A stretch of DNA of 64,000 nucleotides from NCBI GenBank assembly GCA_963777955.1, contig CAVZSQ010000022.1, forward strand, positions 128,001-192,000, written 5' to 3'. Positions 1 through 10,207 of the stretch are shown piece after piece. The stretch's first letter is position 1. Every line of letters begins with the position of its first letter. The notes below the pieces were generated by a model that worked only from the letters and a program-made list of their open reading frames with translations, was not told the DNA's origin and made no database searches. Both the position numbers and the translations under genes were made by a program. The stretch comes from Calditrichia bacterium. Lineage in GTDB: Bacteria > Calditrichota > Calditrichia > JAJRVZ01.

Positions 1-1
1 A

Positions 2-409
2 CCGGTCTACCGTTATGCCTGCGATATCATCGGCGGCCTGAATAACTGGCTGACCGGCTGGGTGGATTGGAATATTGTGCTGGATGATAAAGGGGGTCCG
101 AACCATGTCCGTAACTGGTGTATTGCACCGGTTATAGTTAAACCGGAAACAAAAGAGGTGTACTATACACCCCTTTATTATGTAATGTGTCATTTCAGTA
201 AATATATGCGTCCTGGTGCCGTACGCCTCGGGATCAATAGCAGCAACGCAGATTTAATGATTACCGCCTGTCTGAATACGGATAACAGTATAGCCGCGGC
301 TGTTTTAAATCGGACAGAAAATCCGGTTACTTATGATATAAAACTGTCCGGCAAGGTAACCACAGTCACTATTCCGGAAAATGCCCTGCAGACCATAGTC
401 ATTCAATAA
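2..409 (+). CDS. Glycoside hydrolase family 30 (glucosylceramidase-like), C-terminal part, truncated at the window edge
   Basis: The frame is open from base 2: PVYRYACDIIGGLNNWLTGWVDWNIVLDDKGGPNHVRNWCIAP...YYVMCHFSKYMRPGAVR. This is the typical GH30 C-terminal signature, followed by the beta-sandwich. Confidence 0.88.
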   Translation, partial: PVYRYACDIIGGLNNWLTGWVDWNIVLDDKGGPNHVRNWCIAPVIVKPETKEVYYTPLYYVMCHFSKYMRPGAVRLGINSSNADLMITACLNTDNSIAAAVLNRTENPVTYDIKLSGKVTTVTIPENALQTIVIQ

Positions 410-444
410 CCGGCTGCAGGATACTGCACAATGGGGAGGGAACT

Positions 445-2652
445 TTGAAAACGAATCACATCTTATCGGTTAAGGAAAAAATTGGATACGGACTTGGGGA
501 TACGGCTTCGAATTTTTATTTCCAGATGTATATCAATTTCCTGCTTTTCTTTTATACTGATGTTTTTGGAATTCCGGCGGCAGTGGCCGGTACCCTGTTT
601 CTGATTTCAAGAATCTGGGATGGTATCAATGATCCCATCATGGGCATGATCGCGGACCGCACCAACACCCGCTGGGGAAAATTCCGGCCCTATCTGCTGT
701 GGATGATGCTGCCGCTGGCAATAATCGGTGTGATCATGTTCACCACACCTGATCTGTCGGTTAAAGGGAAAATTATATATGCCTACATCACCTATAATTT
801 AATGATGATGGCTTATACCGCTATTAATATTCCTTATTCGGCCATGCTGGGCGTCCTTTCACCGGATACACAGCAAAGAACCAGCGCTTCGACCTACCGG
901 TTTGTGCTGGCCTTTGTCGGTGCTCTGGTAGTGCAAAGTGCCACGCTGCCATTAGTCTATTCCATCGGCCGTGTGGACCAGGGCATAACCCTGGCTGATC
1001 ACACCTTGAGAATTCAGGAAGTTAATAACCGGACCGCCAGAATTATTGTGCAGGCTGATGACGGGATTAACCAGACCACGAATGAATTTTTAATCAACAT
1101 TGACCGGAAGGGCGAACAAAGTCCAATCGTAAAAACGCCGCTAAACGACAGAGTCTTTGAACAGGGTTTTAAAATCAGTGAAACGAATATATCAGCAGTT
1201 TTTAACGATCCGGATGGAGATAAGTTGACCTATGAAGTCAGGAACAAGAACGACGATGTGGTAGAAGCCTATTTAACCGATAGTATCCTGACCCTGGCCG
1301 AAAAAGGGATTGGTGTTTCAGAAATAACTCTAACGGCTCGTGATGGTCATTATGGTCAGACCAACGATTTGTTCACGGTTTACGTTAATGCCGCCGGAAA
1401 TCATGCCCCTGTACTGGCTAGTGCGATTGCCGATACACTATTTGACCTGGGAACCCCGGAGCGCACTATCAATTTATCCGGCAGATTCTCCGACCAGGAC
1501 GGGGACCAACTTAAGTATGAAGTGCAAGCGGAGAATGGTACTGCTGTCTCGGCCAAAGTTTCAGACGCAATGCTGACTTTTCAGCTGAATAAGGTTGGTA
1601 TATCAAAATTTATTTTAACTGCCAGTGATAATAAAGGCGGGGAAGCCCGGGATATATTTTTAGTAAAATGTTCATCAGGAAAAAATGATCCTCCGGCTGT
1701 CGCCATTCCTCTGCAGAATGTCAAACTGGCGGCAGGATTCAAAGAGTACTCGCTTGATATTGGCGGGACTTTCCAGGATCCGGACGGCGATCCGTTGACC
1801 TATTCTATCCGCAAGGTTGATGTGGCCAAAGGATTTCAATTCACTTTAATAATCTACGGTTTGCTGGCCTGTATTTTATTCTATTTTACATTTAGAATGA
1901 CCAAAGAACGCGTACAACCGCCTGTGGATCAAAAAACATCAATGAAGAATGATCTGAAAGATCTGGTTCATAACAGGCCCTGGATGGTCCTGCTGGTTAT
2001 GGGTATTTTCACCCTTGGGTATATTATTATTCGTTCCGGCACCATCATGTATTATTTTAAATATTATATTGAAAATGAGCTCCTGGCTTCTCTGTTCATG
2101 GTTAGCGGAACAGCGGCAGTCATCGCCGGCGTGGCCTGTACGGATTTTCTAGCGAGAATCCTGGGTAAGAAAAAATTATATTTGATCGTCATGGGCCTGT
2201 CCACTATTCTGACCATGCTTTTTTATTTTATTCCCAGGGAACAAATTGTACTGGTTTTTACAGTAAATATTATCCTGCAATTTATCATGGCTCCGCAGGC
2301 CCCCTTGCTCTGGGCTATGTATGCCGATACGGCTGATTATTCTGAATGGAAAAATGGTCGAAGAGCTACCGGTCTTATTTTTTCGGCAGCAACATTTGCG
2401 CAGAAATTTGGCATGGCGTTGGGCGGAGGACTGGCCGGCTGGCTGTTAGCCATGTTCGGGTTCCAGGCCAATGTTCAGCAAACTCCGGAAACTCTCAATG
2501 GTATTTGTCTGATGATGAGTTTTATACCGGCCGTCGGGACCATTATTGCCACCGTGTTTGCTTTTTTCTATGAGTTGGATGATAAGACCATGAAAAAAAT
2601 TGAAAAAGATCTGGCTGAGCGAAAAAGTCAATACGAAATAAAAACAAGTTGA
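445..2652 (+). CDS. GPH-family (MelB-like) glycoside:cation symporter with a ~285-aa cadherin/Ig-like insertion in the TM5-TM6 loop
   Basis: GPH motifs EKIGYGLGD, WDGINDPIMGMIADRTNTRWGKFRPY, NIPYSAM and WAMYADTADYSEWKNGRRATG. Residues ~176-460 are hydrophilic with three F-x-D-[PQ]-DGD-x-L-x-Y motifs. Confidence 0.92.
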   Translation: MKTNHILSVKEKIGYGLGDTASNFYFQMYINFLLFFYTDVFGIPAAVAGTLFLISRIWDGINDPIMGMIADRTNTRWGKFRPYLLWMMLPLAIIGVIMFTTPDLSVKGKIIYAYITYNLMMMAYTAINIPYSAMLGVLSPDTQQRTSASTYRFVLAFVGALVVQSATLPLVYSIGRVDQGITLADHTLRIQEVNNRTARIIVQADDGINQTTNEFLINIDRKGEQSPIVKTPLNDRVFEQGFKISETNISAVFNDPDGDKLTYEVRNKNDDVVEAYLTDSILTLAEKGIGVSEITLTARDGHYGQTNDLFTVYVNAAGNHAPVLASAIADTLFDLGTPERTINLSGRFSDQDGDQLKYEVQAENGTAVSAKVSDAMLTFQLNKVGISKFILTASDNKGGEARDIFLVKCSSGKNDPPAVAIPLQNVKLAAGFKEYSLDIGGTFQDPDGDPLTYSIRKVDVAKGFQFTLIIYGLLACILFYFTFRMTKERVQPPVDQKTSMKNDLKDLVHNRPWMVLLVMGIFTLGYIIIRSGTIMYYFKYYIENELLASLFMVSGTAAVIAGVACTDFLARILGKKKLYLIVMGLSTILTMLFYFIPREQIVLVFTVNIILQFIMAPQAPLLWAMYADTADYSEWKNGRRATGLIFSAATFAQKFGMALGGGLAGWLLAMFGFQANVQQTPETLNGICLMMSFIPAVGTIIATVFAFFYELDDKTMKKIEKDLAERKSQYEIKTS

Positions 2653-2687
2653 TAAATAATAACAGTGAATTTAAATCCGGGAGTCGT

Positions 2688-3479
2688 ATGAAAATTAAAT
2701 TATATTTTATCTGCCTGGTTTTGCTGTGCACGGCAACTTATTGCGGCAAGGGGTGGAAACTGGCCTGGTCGGATGAATTTAATTATACCGGCCTGCCGGA
2801 TTCCCTGAAGTGGGGATATGATGTCGGGGGGCATGGCTGGGGAAACCAGGAAAAACAGTATTACACTGAGAACCGCCTGGAAAATGCCCGGGTGGAGAAT
2901 GGCTTGCTTACCATTGAAGCCCGTAGAGATTTCTGGAATGAGCATGAATATACTTCGGTGCGCCTGGTCAGCAGGGGCAAGGGTGACTGGACCTGCGGGC
3001 GTTTTGAGATACGGGCAAAACTCCCCTCAGGCCGGGGAACCTGGCCGGCAATCTGGATGCTGCCTACGACCGGGAATTATGGCAGCGGCGGCTGGCCGGA
3101 TAACGGTGAAATTGATATCATGGAACATGTGGGTTATAATCCGGGAATGATCCATGGTTCTACTCATTGCCAGGCCTATTACTGGAAAAATCATAATCAA
3201 AAAACAGGTACTATCAAAGTCCCCGATGCCGAAACGGAATTTCACAATTATATCCTGGAATGGTATCCGCAGGAAATCAAGGTGTTTCTTGACGACAGTC
3301 TTTATTTTACCTCCAAAAACGAAGGTAGCGGTTGGCAGGTCTGGCCTTTTGATAAACCATTTCATTTGCTGCTAAATATTGCTGTCGGCGGCGCCTGGGG
3401 AGGGGTACAGGGAATAGACAGTACCATTTTTCCGCAAAGGATGGATGTGGATTACGTCCGGGTTTTCCAACAAGAATAA
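2688..3479 (+). CDS. Glycoside hydrolase family 16 (laminarinase/beta-1,3-glucanase type), exported
   Basis: Motifs WSDEF, GTWPAIWML, catalytic GEIDIME, PFDKPFHLLLNIAVGG and VDYVRV. The ATG at 2688 follows GGGAG and leads into a hydrophobic signal peptide. Confidence 0.93.
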   Translation: MKIKLYFICLVLLCTATYCGKGWKLAWSDEFNYTGLPDSLKWGYDVGGHGWGNQEKQYYTENRLENARVENGLLTIEARRDFWNEHEYTSVRLVSRGKGDWTCGRFEIRAKLPSGRGTWPAIWMLPTTGNYGSGGWPDNGEIDIMEHVGYNPGMIHGSTHCQAYYWKNHNQKTGTIKVPDAETEFHNYILEWYPQEIKVFLDDSLYFTSKNEGSGWQVWPFDKPFHLLLNIAVGGAWGGVQGIDSTIFPQRMDVDYVRVFQQE

Positions 3480-3488
3480 TATGCTTTT

Positions 3489-6400
3489 ATGCAGAAGCAG
3501 ATCATTGCCGGCAAAGCCCCGCTTAAGAACAAATCCAAACCGGTCAAGGGCGGATATGTTGTTTTAGAAAATGAACTTTTCTACCGGATCGCCAATTATG
3601 ACTGCATGAATCCCTTCTTCATGAGTATCGTCAGCAATTCCGATCATTGGATGTTCATCTCGTCAAATGGTGCTCTCAGCGCAGGACGGAAAAATCCCGA
3701 TCACGCTTTATTCCCCTATTATACGGAAGACAAAATTCAGGACAGTGCCGGGATTACCGGCAGTAAGACCATTATTCGTCTTGAGGAAAAAGGGCGGGAT
3801 TTTTTATGGGAGCCCTTTTCCACCAGGTATCAGGGACTATACAATATTGACCGCAATATTTATAAAAATATATACGGTAATAAAATAGTTTTTGAAGAAA
3901 TAAATAATGACCTGAAACTCTGTTTTTCGTACACACTGGTTGAATAGCGAGCGGTTCGGCTTCATTAGAAAATCAAAAATCATAAATCTGGGCAGCAGAA
4001 ATGTAGCAGTTAACCTGTTGGATGGAATTCAGAATCTGTTGCCTTATGGTATCAGCCAGCGTTTCCAGGCAGACTATAGTACGCTGGCCGATGCCTATAG
4101 AAAAAATGAGTTAGAGCCTGCTGCCGGCCTGGGTATTTATTCATTAAGTTCCATCCCGGTAGACAAGGCCGAGCCCAGCGAAGCCTTAAAAGCCACCACG
4201 GTCTGGTCAGCTGGTATCCAGGTCAAGAATATACTGATCTCCTCAACTCAATTGGATTCATTCCGTAACGGTCTGGTGATTAAACAGGAGACCGATAAGC
4301 GGGCGGTTCGCGGAGCGTATTTGCTGAATATTGCGACCCGTCTTACGGTACATCAGGGAAAAACATGGTACATTGTAGCTGATGTCGATCAGGATGCAGC
4401 AGATGTCGCGGCCTTAACTCAAATGCTGGTTAGCAAAAAAAATCTGATCCAACAGATTGAAACAGATGTGGATCAGGGCACCGGGAATCTGATCAGCATG
4501 GTGGCCAACTCCGACGGACTGCAGAAATCGGCGGATAGATTAAGTACTTCCCGTCATTTTTCAAATGTGCTGTATAATATATCACGCGGCGGAGTGTTCT
4601 GTGATAATTATCAGATAAATACCGTGGACCTCAGATCATTTATCCATGAGGCCAATAAAAAAGTATTTAAGAAATTTCAGCATTACTTAAAAGGCCTGCC
4701 TGCAGCGATTGATTTCGGCGAGTTAATTAAGCAGGTTGATCAAAAACACGATCCCGATCTGCAGAGATTATGTTATGAATATCTGCCTTTGATCTTCAGC
4801 CGGCGCCATGGCGATCCCAGCCGGCCCTGGAACTGGTTTTCCATCGATATCAAGGATGAACAAGGGGAAAAAAATTTAAATTATCAGGGCAACTGGCGCG
4901 ACATTTTTCAAAACTGGGAAGCACTGGCCCTGTCATTCCCGGTCTATATCGAAAACATGATTTGTAAGTTTGTCAATGCCTCCACGCCCGATGGTTATAA
5001 TCCATACCGGGTCACCCGGGCCGGATTTGACTGGGAAGTGCTGGATCCGGCGGATGCCTGGTCCTATATCGGCTACTGGGGAGATCATCAGGTTATCTAT
5101 TTACTCAAGTTGCTGGAACTCTCGCGAAAATACCACCCCGGGAAATTAGAATATCTTTTAATCAGGGATATTTTTGTTTATGCCGATGTACCCTACCGTA
5201 TCAAAACATACCAGGAAATATTAGCGAATCCGCATAAAACCGTCGATTTTGACCGGGAGCAGGAGGATTTGGTCCGGCAGCGTGTAGAGGAAACCGGCAG
5301 CGATGGGAAACTATTGTGCAGCGGCCAGGGTAATATTTATCATGTCAATCTCGCCGAGAAACTATTGGTGCCCATTTTGACCAAGGTATCCAATTTTATT
5401 CCGGAAGCAGGAATCTGGATGAATACCCAGCGTCCCGAATGGAACGATGCGAACAATGCCCTGGTTGGTCACGGAGTATCGATGGTGACTTTATACTATC
5501 TGCGCCGGCACATATTATTCTGCCGCGACCTGTTTAATGCTTTTCAAACTGAAACTGTTCTGTTGTCCAGCGAGGTCAAGATCTGGTTTACCAGCATCTT
5601 CAGGGAATTGGAGCGACAAAAGTATTTATTGCAGAGCGCTGTCTCTGATAAAAACCGCAGAACCGTACTTGATCGGCTGGGTGAAGCAGCCAGCACTTAT
5701 CGCGCAAAAATTTATTCAAAGGGTTTCTCGGGGTACAGGTTAAAGGTCAAATCCGGACAACTGGTCAAATTTTGTGAATTAGTCCTGGCCTACATCGATC
5801 ATTCAATCCGGGCCAATAAGCGTGCAGATCAGTTGTATCATGCCTATAATCTGATGAAGACCGGAAAACAGAAAACCATCACTATCCGGCATCTGTATGA
5901 AATGCTGGAAGGGCAGGTGGCTATCCTGAGTTCCGGATTTCTGACGGCCAGGCAGGCGATTCAACTTTTGCGGGCGCTGAGAAACAGCAAACTCTATCGT
6001 GAAGATCAAAACACTTATATTCTGTATCCTGACCGCCAGTTACCCCGCTTCAGCAAGAAGAACAATATACCTGCCGGGGCCATTAAAAATCCGGCGTTAT
6101 TAAAAATCCTGCTGAACAGCAGGAATAAAATGATCATGAAACGGGATGCCAGGGGCGGACTTCATTTCAATGGCGCCTTCCGCAATGCTGCGGATCTGCG
6201 GCAGGCTCTGGACAGTATACGGCAAAATGATCCGCGGTCGCTCACTGCAGAGGATCTGGATCTTGTATTAAAAATATTTGAAGACATGTTTGATCATCAG
6301 TCTTTTACCGGAAGATCGGGAACGTTTTACAAGTACGAGGGTTTGGGCTGTATCTACTGGCATATGGTTTCCAAACTCCTGCTGGCCGTTCAGGAAAACT

Positions 6401-6945
6401 ATTATCGTGCTTTGCAGGTTAAAGAGGAAAAGGCCATCCTGGCGGAGTTAAGAGCATATTATTATGCCATCAGGGCCGGACTCGGCCTGGCCAAATCCCC
6501 CGACCTGTACGGCGGTTTTCCGACAGACCCCTACTCTCATACCCCCGGTCACACGGGAGCCCAGCAACCCGGAATGACCGGACAGGTGAAAGAAGATATT
6601 ATTTCCCGCTTTGCGGAACTGGGCATTATGATTCACGATGGGACGATCAGTTTTCATCCCGGATTGCTGCGCCGGGAAGAATTTCTGGTCGAATCCGGTT
6701 TGTTTTCATTTTTTGATGTTAACGGTAAGCGGCAAAGCATCCGGCTGGGATCAAAGTGTCTGGCTTTTACTCTGAACCAGGTGCCGATGGTGTATCATCT
6801 GTCCGAAACTGAAAAAATCGTCATGACCACCATCGCAAACAAAACGAAGACAATCCTGGGACTTACCCTTGACGGAAAATATTCTTTAGCCATTTTTAAT
6901 CGTGAAGGGAAGATCAAAAAACTGGATGTGTATTTAAAGTTTTGA
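3489..6945 (+). CDS. GH149-like beta-1,3-glucan phosphorylase (~1150 aa), one frame break near 3935
   Basis: ORFs 3489-3947 and 3940-6945 join as FSYTWLNSERFGF when one base is removed. Motifs RRHGDPSRPWN, GNWRDIFQNWEAL, YIGYWGDHQ, EWNDANNALVG, YEGLGCIYWHMVSKL and FPTDPYSHTP..QQPGMTGQVKED, plus size and GH16/GH30 context, fit GH149 as I recall it. Confidence 0.78.
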
Positions 6946-7105
6946 TTTGGTAATCGAGAAATTCACGAGTACGACGAAGTTACACGAAGATCCACGGTAA
7001 AGAATTTAAATTTTCTCGTGCACTGTAATTCTCTGAAACCATGAATTTTAATCCGGACCTCTAGCTAGAACAAAATTTGGTACATCGAGTTTGGTCAATT
7101 GGAAT

Positions 7106-7559
7106 TTAAAAAAAGTATCTTACGCCTATCGCACCGTTAACGCTGAAATCTGTTCCCGGTACCAGATCCAGGACCGGCGCAAGTTCCAGAAATATATCTA
7201 CCGGCGCCCGGGCAAACATGTAATCGAGTCCTATCACGCCGCGTACGCCGAGGTGTGATTTGTCGGCAAATAAAACACGACCGCCTATACCATAGTACAG
7301 GGGCAGGTCGCCTTGATCAACCGGTATAAAATTAAATTTATGCCAGAGATAATCGCTATGAATATACAGGGCACCCCCTTCACCAAAACCCCAGGCAATG
7401 CCGCCGTCCCAGGCATTTGTTTTCGATAACCAGGATTTTAAACTGATCCCGGTAGGTTCGCCCAGCATAATACCTAGATCCAAAACCACCGGCCGGTCCC
7501 GAAATATTTGCGGCAAAAAGAATACAGGGGATACAACACAGCAAAATTATTTTTTTCAT
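7106..7559 (-). CDS. Small outer-membrane beta-barrel protein (DUF3996-like), frame break near 7478
   Basis: Signal peptide MKKIILLCCIPCILFA joins GFGLGIMLGEPTGISLK after removing one base. Amphipathic beta-strands and a C-terminal GVRYFF (BAM-type terminus). Confidence 0.75.
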
Positions 7560-7572
7560 CTCATGCTCCAGG

Positions 7573-8520
7573 TTAATTTGGAATTTGGTGTTTGGAATGC
7601 CTCGACTCCGCTCGGCACAAGTTTGGAATTTCCTCCGGCGGATAGTCGCTTCTCTTTCTTTTCCAGCGTTTATGCGTCCATAACCAGTATTCCGGTTTTT
7701 CGATAATCTGTTTTTCCAGCAGGCGGGTATGCCCTTCGGTAATCGAGCCGTAGGCAGCTGCAGTTGGATTCTCTTCCAGAATCTCAAAAGCAACTTTAAA
7801 ATAACCGCGTTGTACTCTGATTACCCGGGCAAAAATAACCGGATAATTATATTCCCGGGCATATTTTTCCGAGCCATACATAACAGCCGTATCCTGGTTA
7901 AGGAAGTTCGTCCAGTAGACTCTCTTGCTGGCCAGGGAAGGGGATTGATCGGTACCAAATACTACGGCTTTAACTTGATCCTGCTGGCTGGCAAAATATT
8001 CTTTCACGTTTGCTTTAGGCAGGAGTACCACCTGAAAGCGGTTTCGGGAGGCGGAAAACTTTTTTTCAAAATAGGGATTACTGAGCGGGGTATAAATACC
8101 CACGGCCTGATGTTTCATCAGCAGATCACAGCTATGGGCAAACATTTCCCAATTATCATAGTGTCCGGCCACGATAATAACACTGCGGCGCTGATCATAA
8201 AAACTGTCCAGCAATTCGGGATTGGCGACTTTGCACCTGGCCAGTAATTCATTCTTGGGCATGCTGAATAACCTTACGCTTTCGACAATCAGATCACAGA
8301 GATGATGGTAAAATTTCCTGGCGATGGTTTTGATTTCCTGTTTGCTCTTATCAGGAAATGAACGGGTCAGATTGACAAGTACAACTTTTCTGCGGTAGCC
8401 GATCAGGTAATAGATGATATAGTATGACAGATCGGAGCAAAGGTATAATACCCGCAGCGGTAAAAGCGAGAGCGGTTTAATTATCAAATAATAAATAATC
8501 CAGCTGGCAATAGTTATCAT
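7573..8520 (-). CDS. Lipid A late acyltransferase (LpxL/HtrB family)
   Basis: Motifs YRRKVVLVNLTRSFP, GHYDNWE, GTDQSP, FLNQDTA and PEYWLWTHKRWK. ATG 8520 is preferred because the longer start lies within a repeat. Confidence 0.88.
   Translation of the reverse strand: MITIASWIIYYLIIKPLSLLPLRVLYLCSDLSYYIIYYLIGYRRKVVLVNLTRSFPDKSKQEIKTIARKFYHHLCDLIVESVRLFSMPKNELLARCKVANPELLDSFYDQRRSVIIVAGHYDNWEMFAHSCDLLMKHQAVGIYTPLSNPYFEKKFSASRNRFQVVLLPKANVKEYFASQQDQVKAVVFGTDQSPSLASKRVYWTNFLNQDTAVMYGSEKYAREYNYPVIFARVIRVQRGYFKVAFEILEENPTAAAYGSITEGHTRLLEKQIIEKPEYWLWTHKRWKRKRSDYPPEEIPNLCRAESRHSKHQIPN
7577..7631. repeat. AAATTCCAAA-type repeat interrupted by a 24-nt palindromic REP-like unit (7598-7621)
   Basis: Without 7598-7621, the remainder is 29/31 identical to the reverse complement of 8570-8600. 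The 24-mer recurs at 35107-35130 with 3 mismatches. Confidence 0.8.
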
Positions 8521-8569
8521 ATGATTTGTTGTAATGTTTCCCCGGTAGCAGATTACATTATAATATACA

Positions 8570-8630
8570 AAATACCAAATTCCAAGCACCAAATTCCAAA
8601 CGAATGATTAGATTCTGGTATTTGGAATTT
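8570..8630. repeat. AAATTCCAAGCACCAAATTCCAAA-type intergenic repeat with a partial inverted arm (TGGTATTTGGAATTT)
   Basis: Seen directly; matches the 7577-7631 copy in the opposite orientation. Confidence 0.7.
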
Positions 8631-8671
8631 TTCTTTTTGAATTTATTTTTATGTATAGTAAATGAAGGTCT

Positions 8672-8881
8672 TTATTTCTTTTGCAGAGTATCGACTTTAT
8701 ATGAATCCATTGCTAATGGACAGGCGACGTCGAGAGCATAACCATAATTGTTGAAATATTCCAATGCCAGCAGGAACTGCACGGTGGTCACCGTCTGCTG
8801 ATTCTTTTCAAACCAATCCCATACCCGGATTCTCTGTTCGATGTTTTTGATAATTACATGCATATAGTTTCTTCTCTGCAA
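8672..8881 (-). CDS. Small hypothetical protein, possibly the 3' part of a longer disrupted ORF
   Basis: 69-aa ORF, co-oriented with its neighbours. Upstream sequence to ~8963 looks coding but is interrupted. Confidence 0.35.
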   Translation of the reverse strand: MQRRNYMHVIIKNIEQRIRVWDWFEKNQQTVTTVQFLLALEYFNNYGYALDVACPLAMDSYKVDTLQKK

Positions 8882-9066
8882 TTATTCAATAATCTTATCA
8901 TTATTCGGTCAATAGTCCGCGAGTCTTTAGATGACCTGAAGAAGATGATTAGAATCTAACCATATTTTATCACAGGTATATCTTAAATATAAATAATGTG
9001 TTATAGGCTGAAGTATTACTCAGGTTAGCATCGCAAATAAAGAATTTTCCGGATCGGATTTCCCGG

Positions 9067-9861
9067 TTATTCGCTTTTTGCCGGTTTTCTGCCGGCCGGG
9101 ATGCGTGATTTTGGAAGAATAACTTCATGGGGTGCAATGACTGCTCCGGCGCCGATTTCCACATCAGCCATAATTGTAGCTTTCAAACCCATGGTAACCC
9201 CTTTACAGATTTTCACACGTTCGACGACCAGGTAGCCCTTCGAGGCGTAATGCGCTATGATATGCACCGATCCGCCGATGATCACCTTGTCTTCGAGTTC
9301 AATCAAAGCAGGATCGGATATATTGGTAGAATTAATATGTACGCCTTTGCCGATCTTCATACCCATCATCCGGAAATACAGTACATTTAACGGGCTGGGA
9401 GTAATGAATTCCAGGAAGGTATAACGAACTACGTAATGCAGAGCGTTATGAAAGTACCAGGGAATACTGGCCAGCGAGTAAAATCCGCCCCGGAATGGTT
9501 TAAGCCTGAATGGTAATAAAAAGTTGAGCAGCGGTACTACGAATATCAGGGTAAGGCCATAAATAAAATAACCGGTTACTATACCAAAAGCACAGGCAGC
9601 AAAATACAGAATCCGCGGAAAATCAGCAGCGCCAGCGGAAAGAAAATTATAAAATGCGACAGCCGGAGTGGCAGCAATACTCATGGCCAGTATACAAAGC
9701 AAATACAGCGGTATTAAGGCGATGATATAACTCACCAGGCGGAAGCGGCGCAAGGCGGATTCTAAAATACCGGCCAGACCACCTCGCTCTGAAGTCGAGG
9801 CATCCACGTCCTCTACTTTTTTTATATCAGAATCTTGCTTAGAAGTCATATTGTTATTCAC
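9067..9861 (-). CDS. Membrane-anchored left-handed beta-helix (hexapeptide-repeat) acyltransferase-like protein
   Basis: Two long hydrophobic segments, then YFRMMGMKIGKGVHIN, IELEDKVIIG, VKICKGVTMG and VEIGAGAVIA hexapeptide repeats. Confidence 0.75.
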   Translation of the reverse strand: MNNNMTSKQDSDIKKVEDVDASTSERGGLAGILESALRRFRLVSYIIALIPLYLLCILAMSIAATPAVAFYNFLSAGAADFPRILYFAACAFGIVTGYFIYGLTLIFVVPLLNFLLPFRLKPFRGGFYSLASIPWYFHNALHYVVRYTFLEFITPSPLNVLYFRMMGMKIGKGVHINSTNISDPALIELEDKVIIGGSVHIIAHYASKGYLVVERVKICKGVTMGLKATIMADVEIGAGAVIAPHEVILPKSRIPAGRKPAKSE

Positions 9862-10055
9862 TTTCTTAAATCGTTTATTTTTATAGACTTATATTATCAG
9901 GATTATTCTTACTCTTCGTATTAATTTGATTTTATTTATCTATCAACTTTCCAGATTAATGAATTTAGATCAACAGGAAATTATTGATTATTTGAATCCT
10001 TTACAATTAAGAAAAGTATTATTTATGGCGATCCGGTCTCAAATCAATAAAAGAT

Positions 10056-10207
10056 TTCTGTGACAACCTCGATGGTAAAGATGTCTTAAAATAAAATGGT
10101 AAATACAATATCAATAATCAGGTGAAAATTCTGAACTTCTGTGACAACCTCATGGAAAGATGCTTAAAATAAATGGTAAAACAATATCAATAATCATGAA
10201 AATTCTG
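10056..10207 (+). repeat. Imperfect tandem duplication (78 bp at 10056-10133; 71 bp at 10137-10207)
   Basis: The second copy equals the first minus 7 nt (six indels), with no substitutions. Confidence 0.9.

Noticed and set aside
3489..6945. Split genes as true pseudogenes or programmed frameshifts
   Set aside because: Breaks are scattered across unrelated genes, catalytic motifs are intact and no shared slippery site is evident; sequencing error is simpler.
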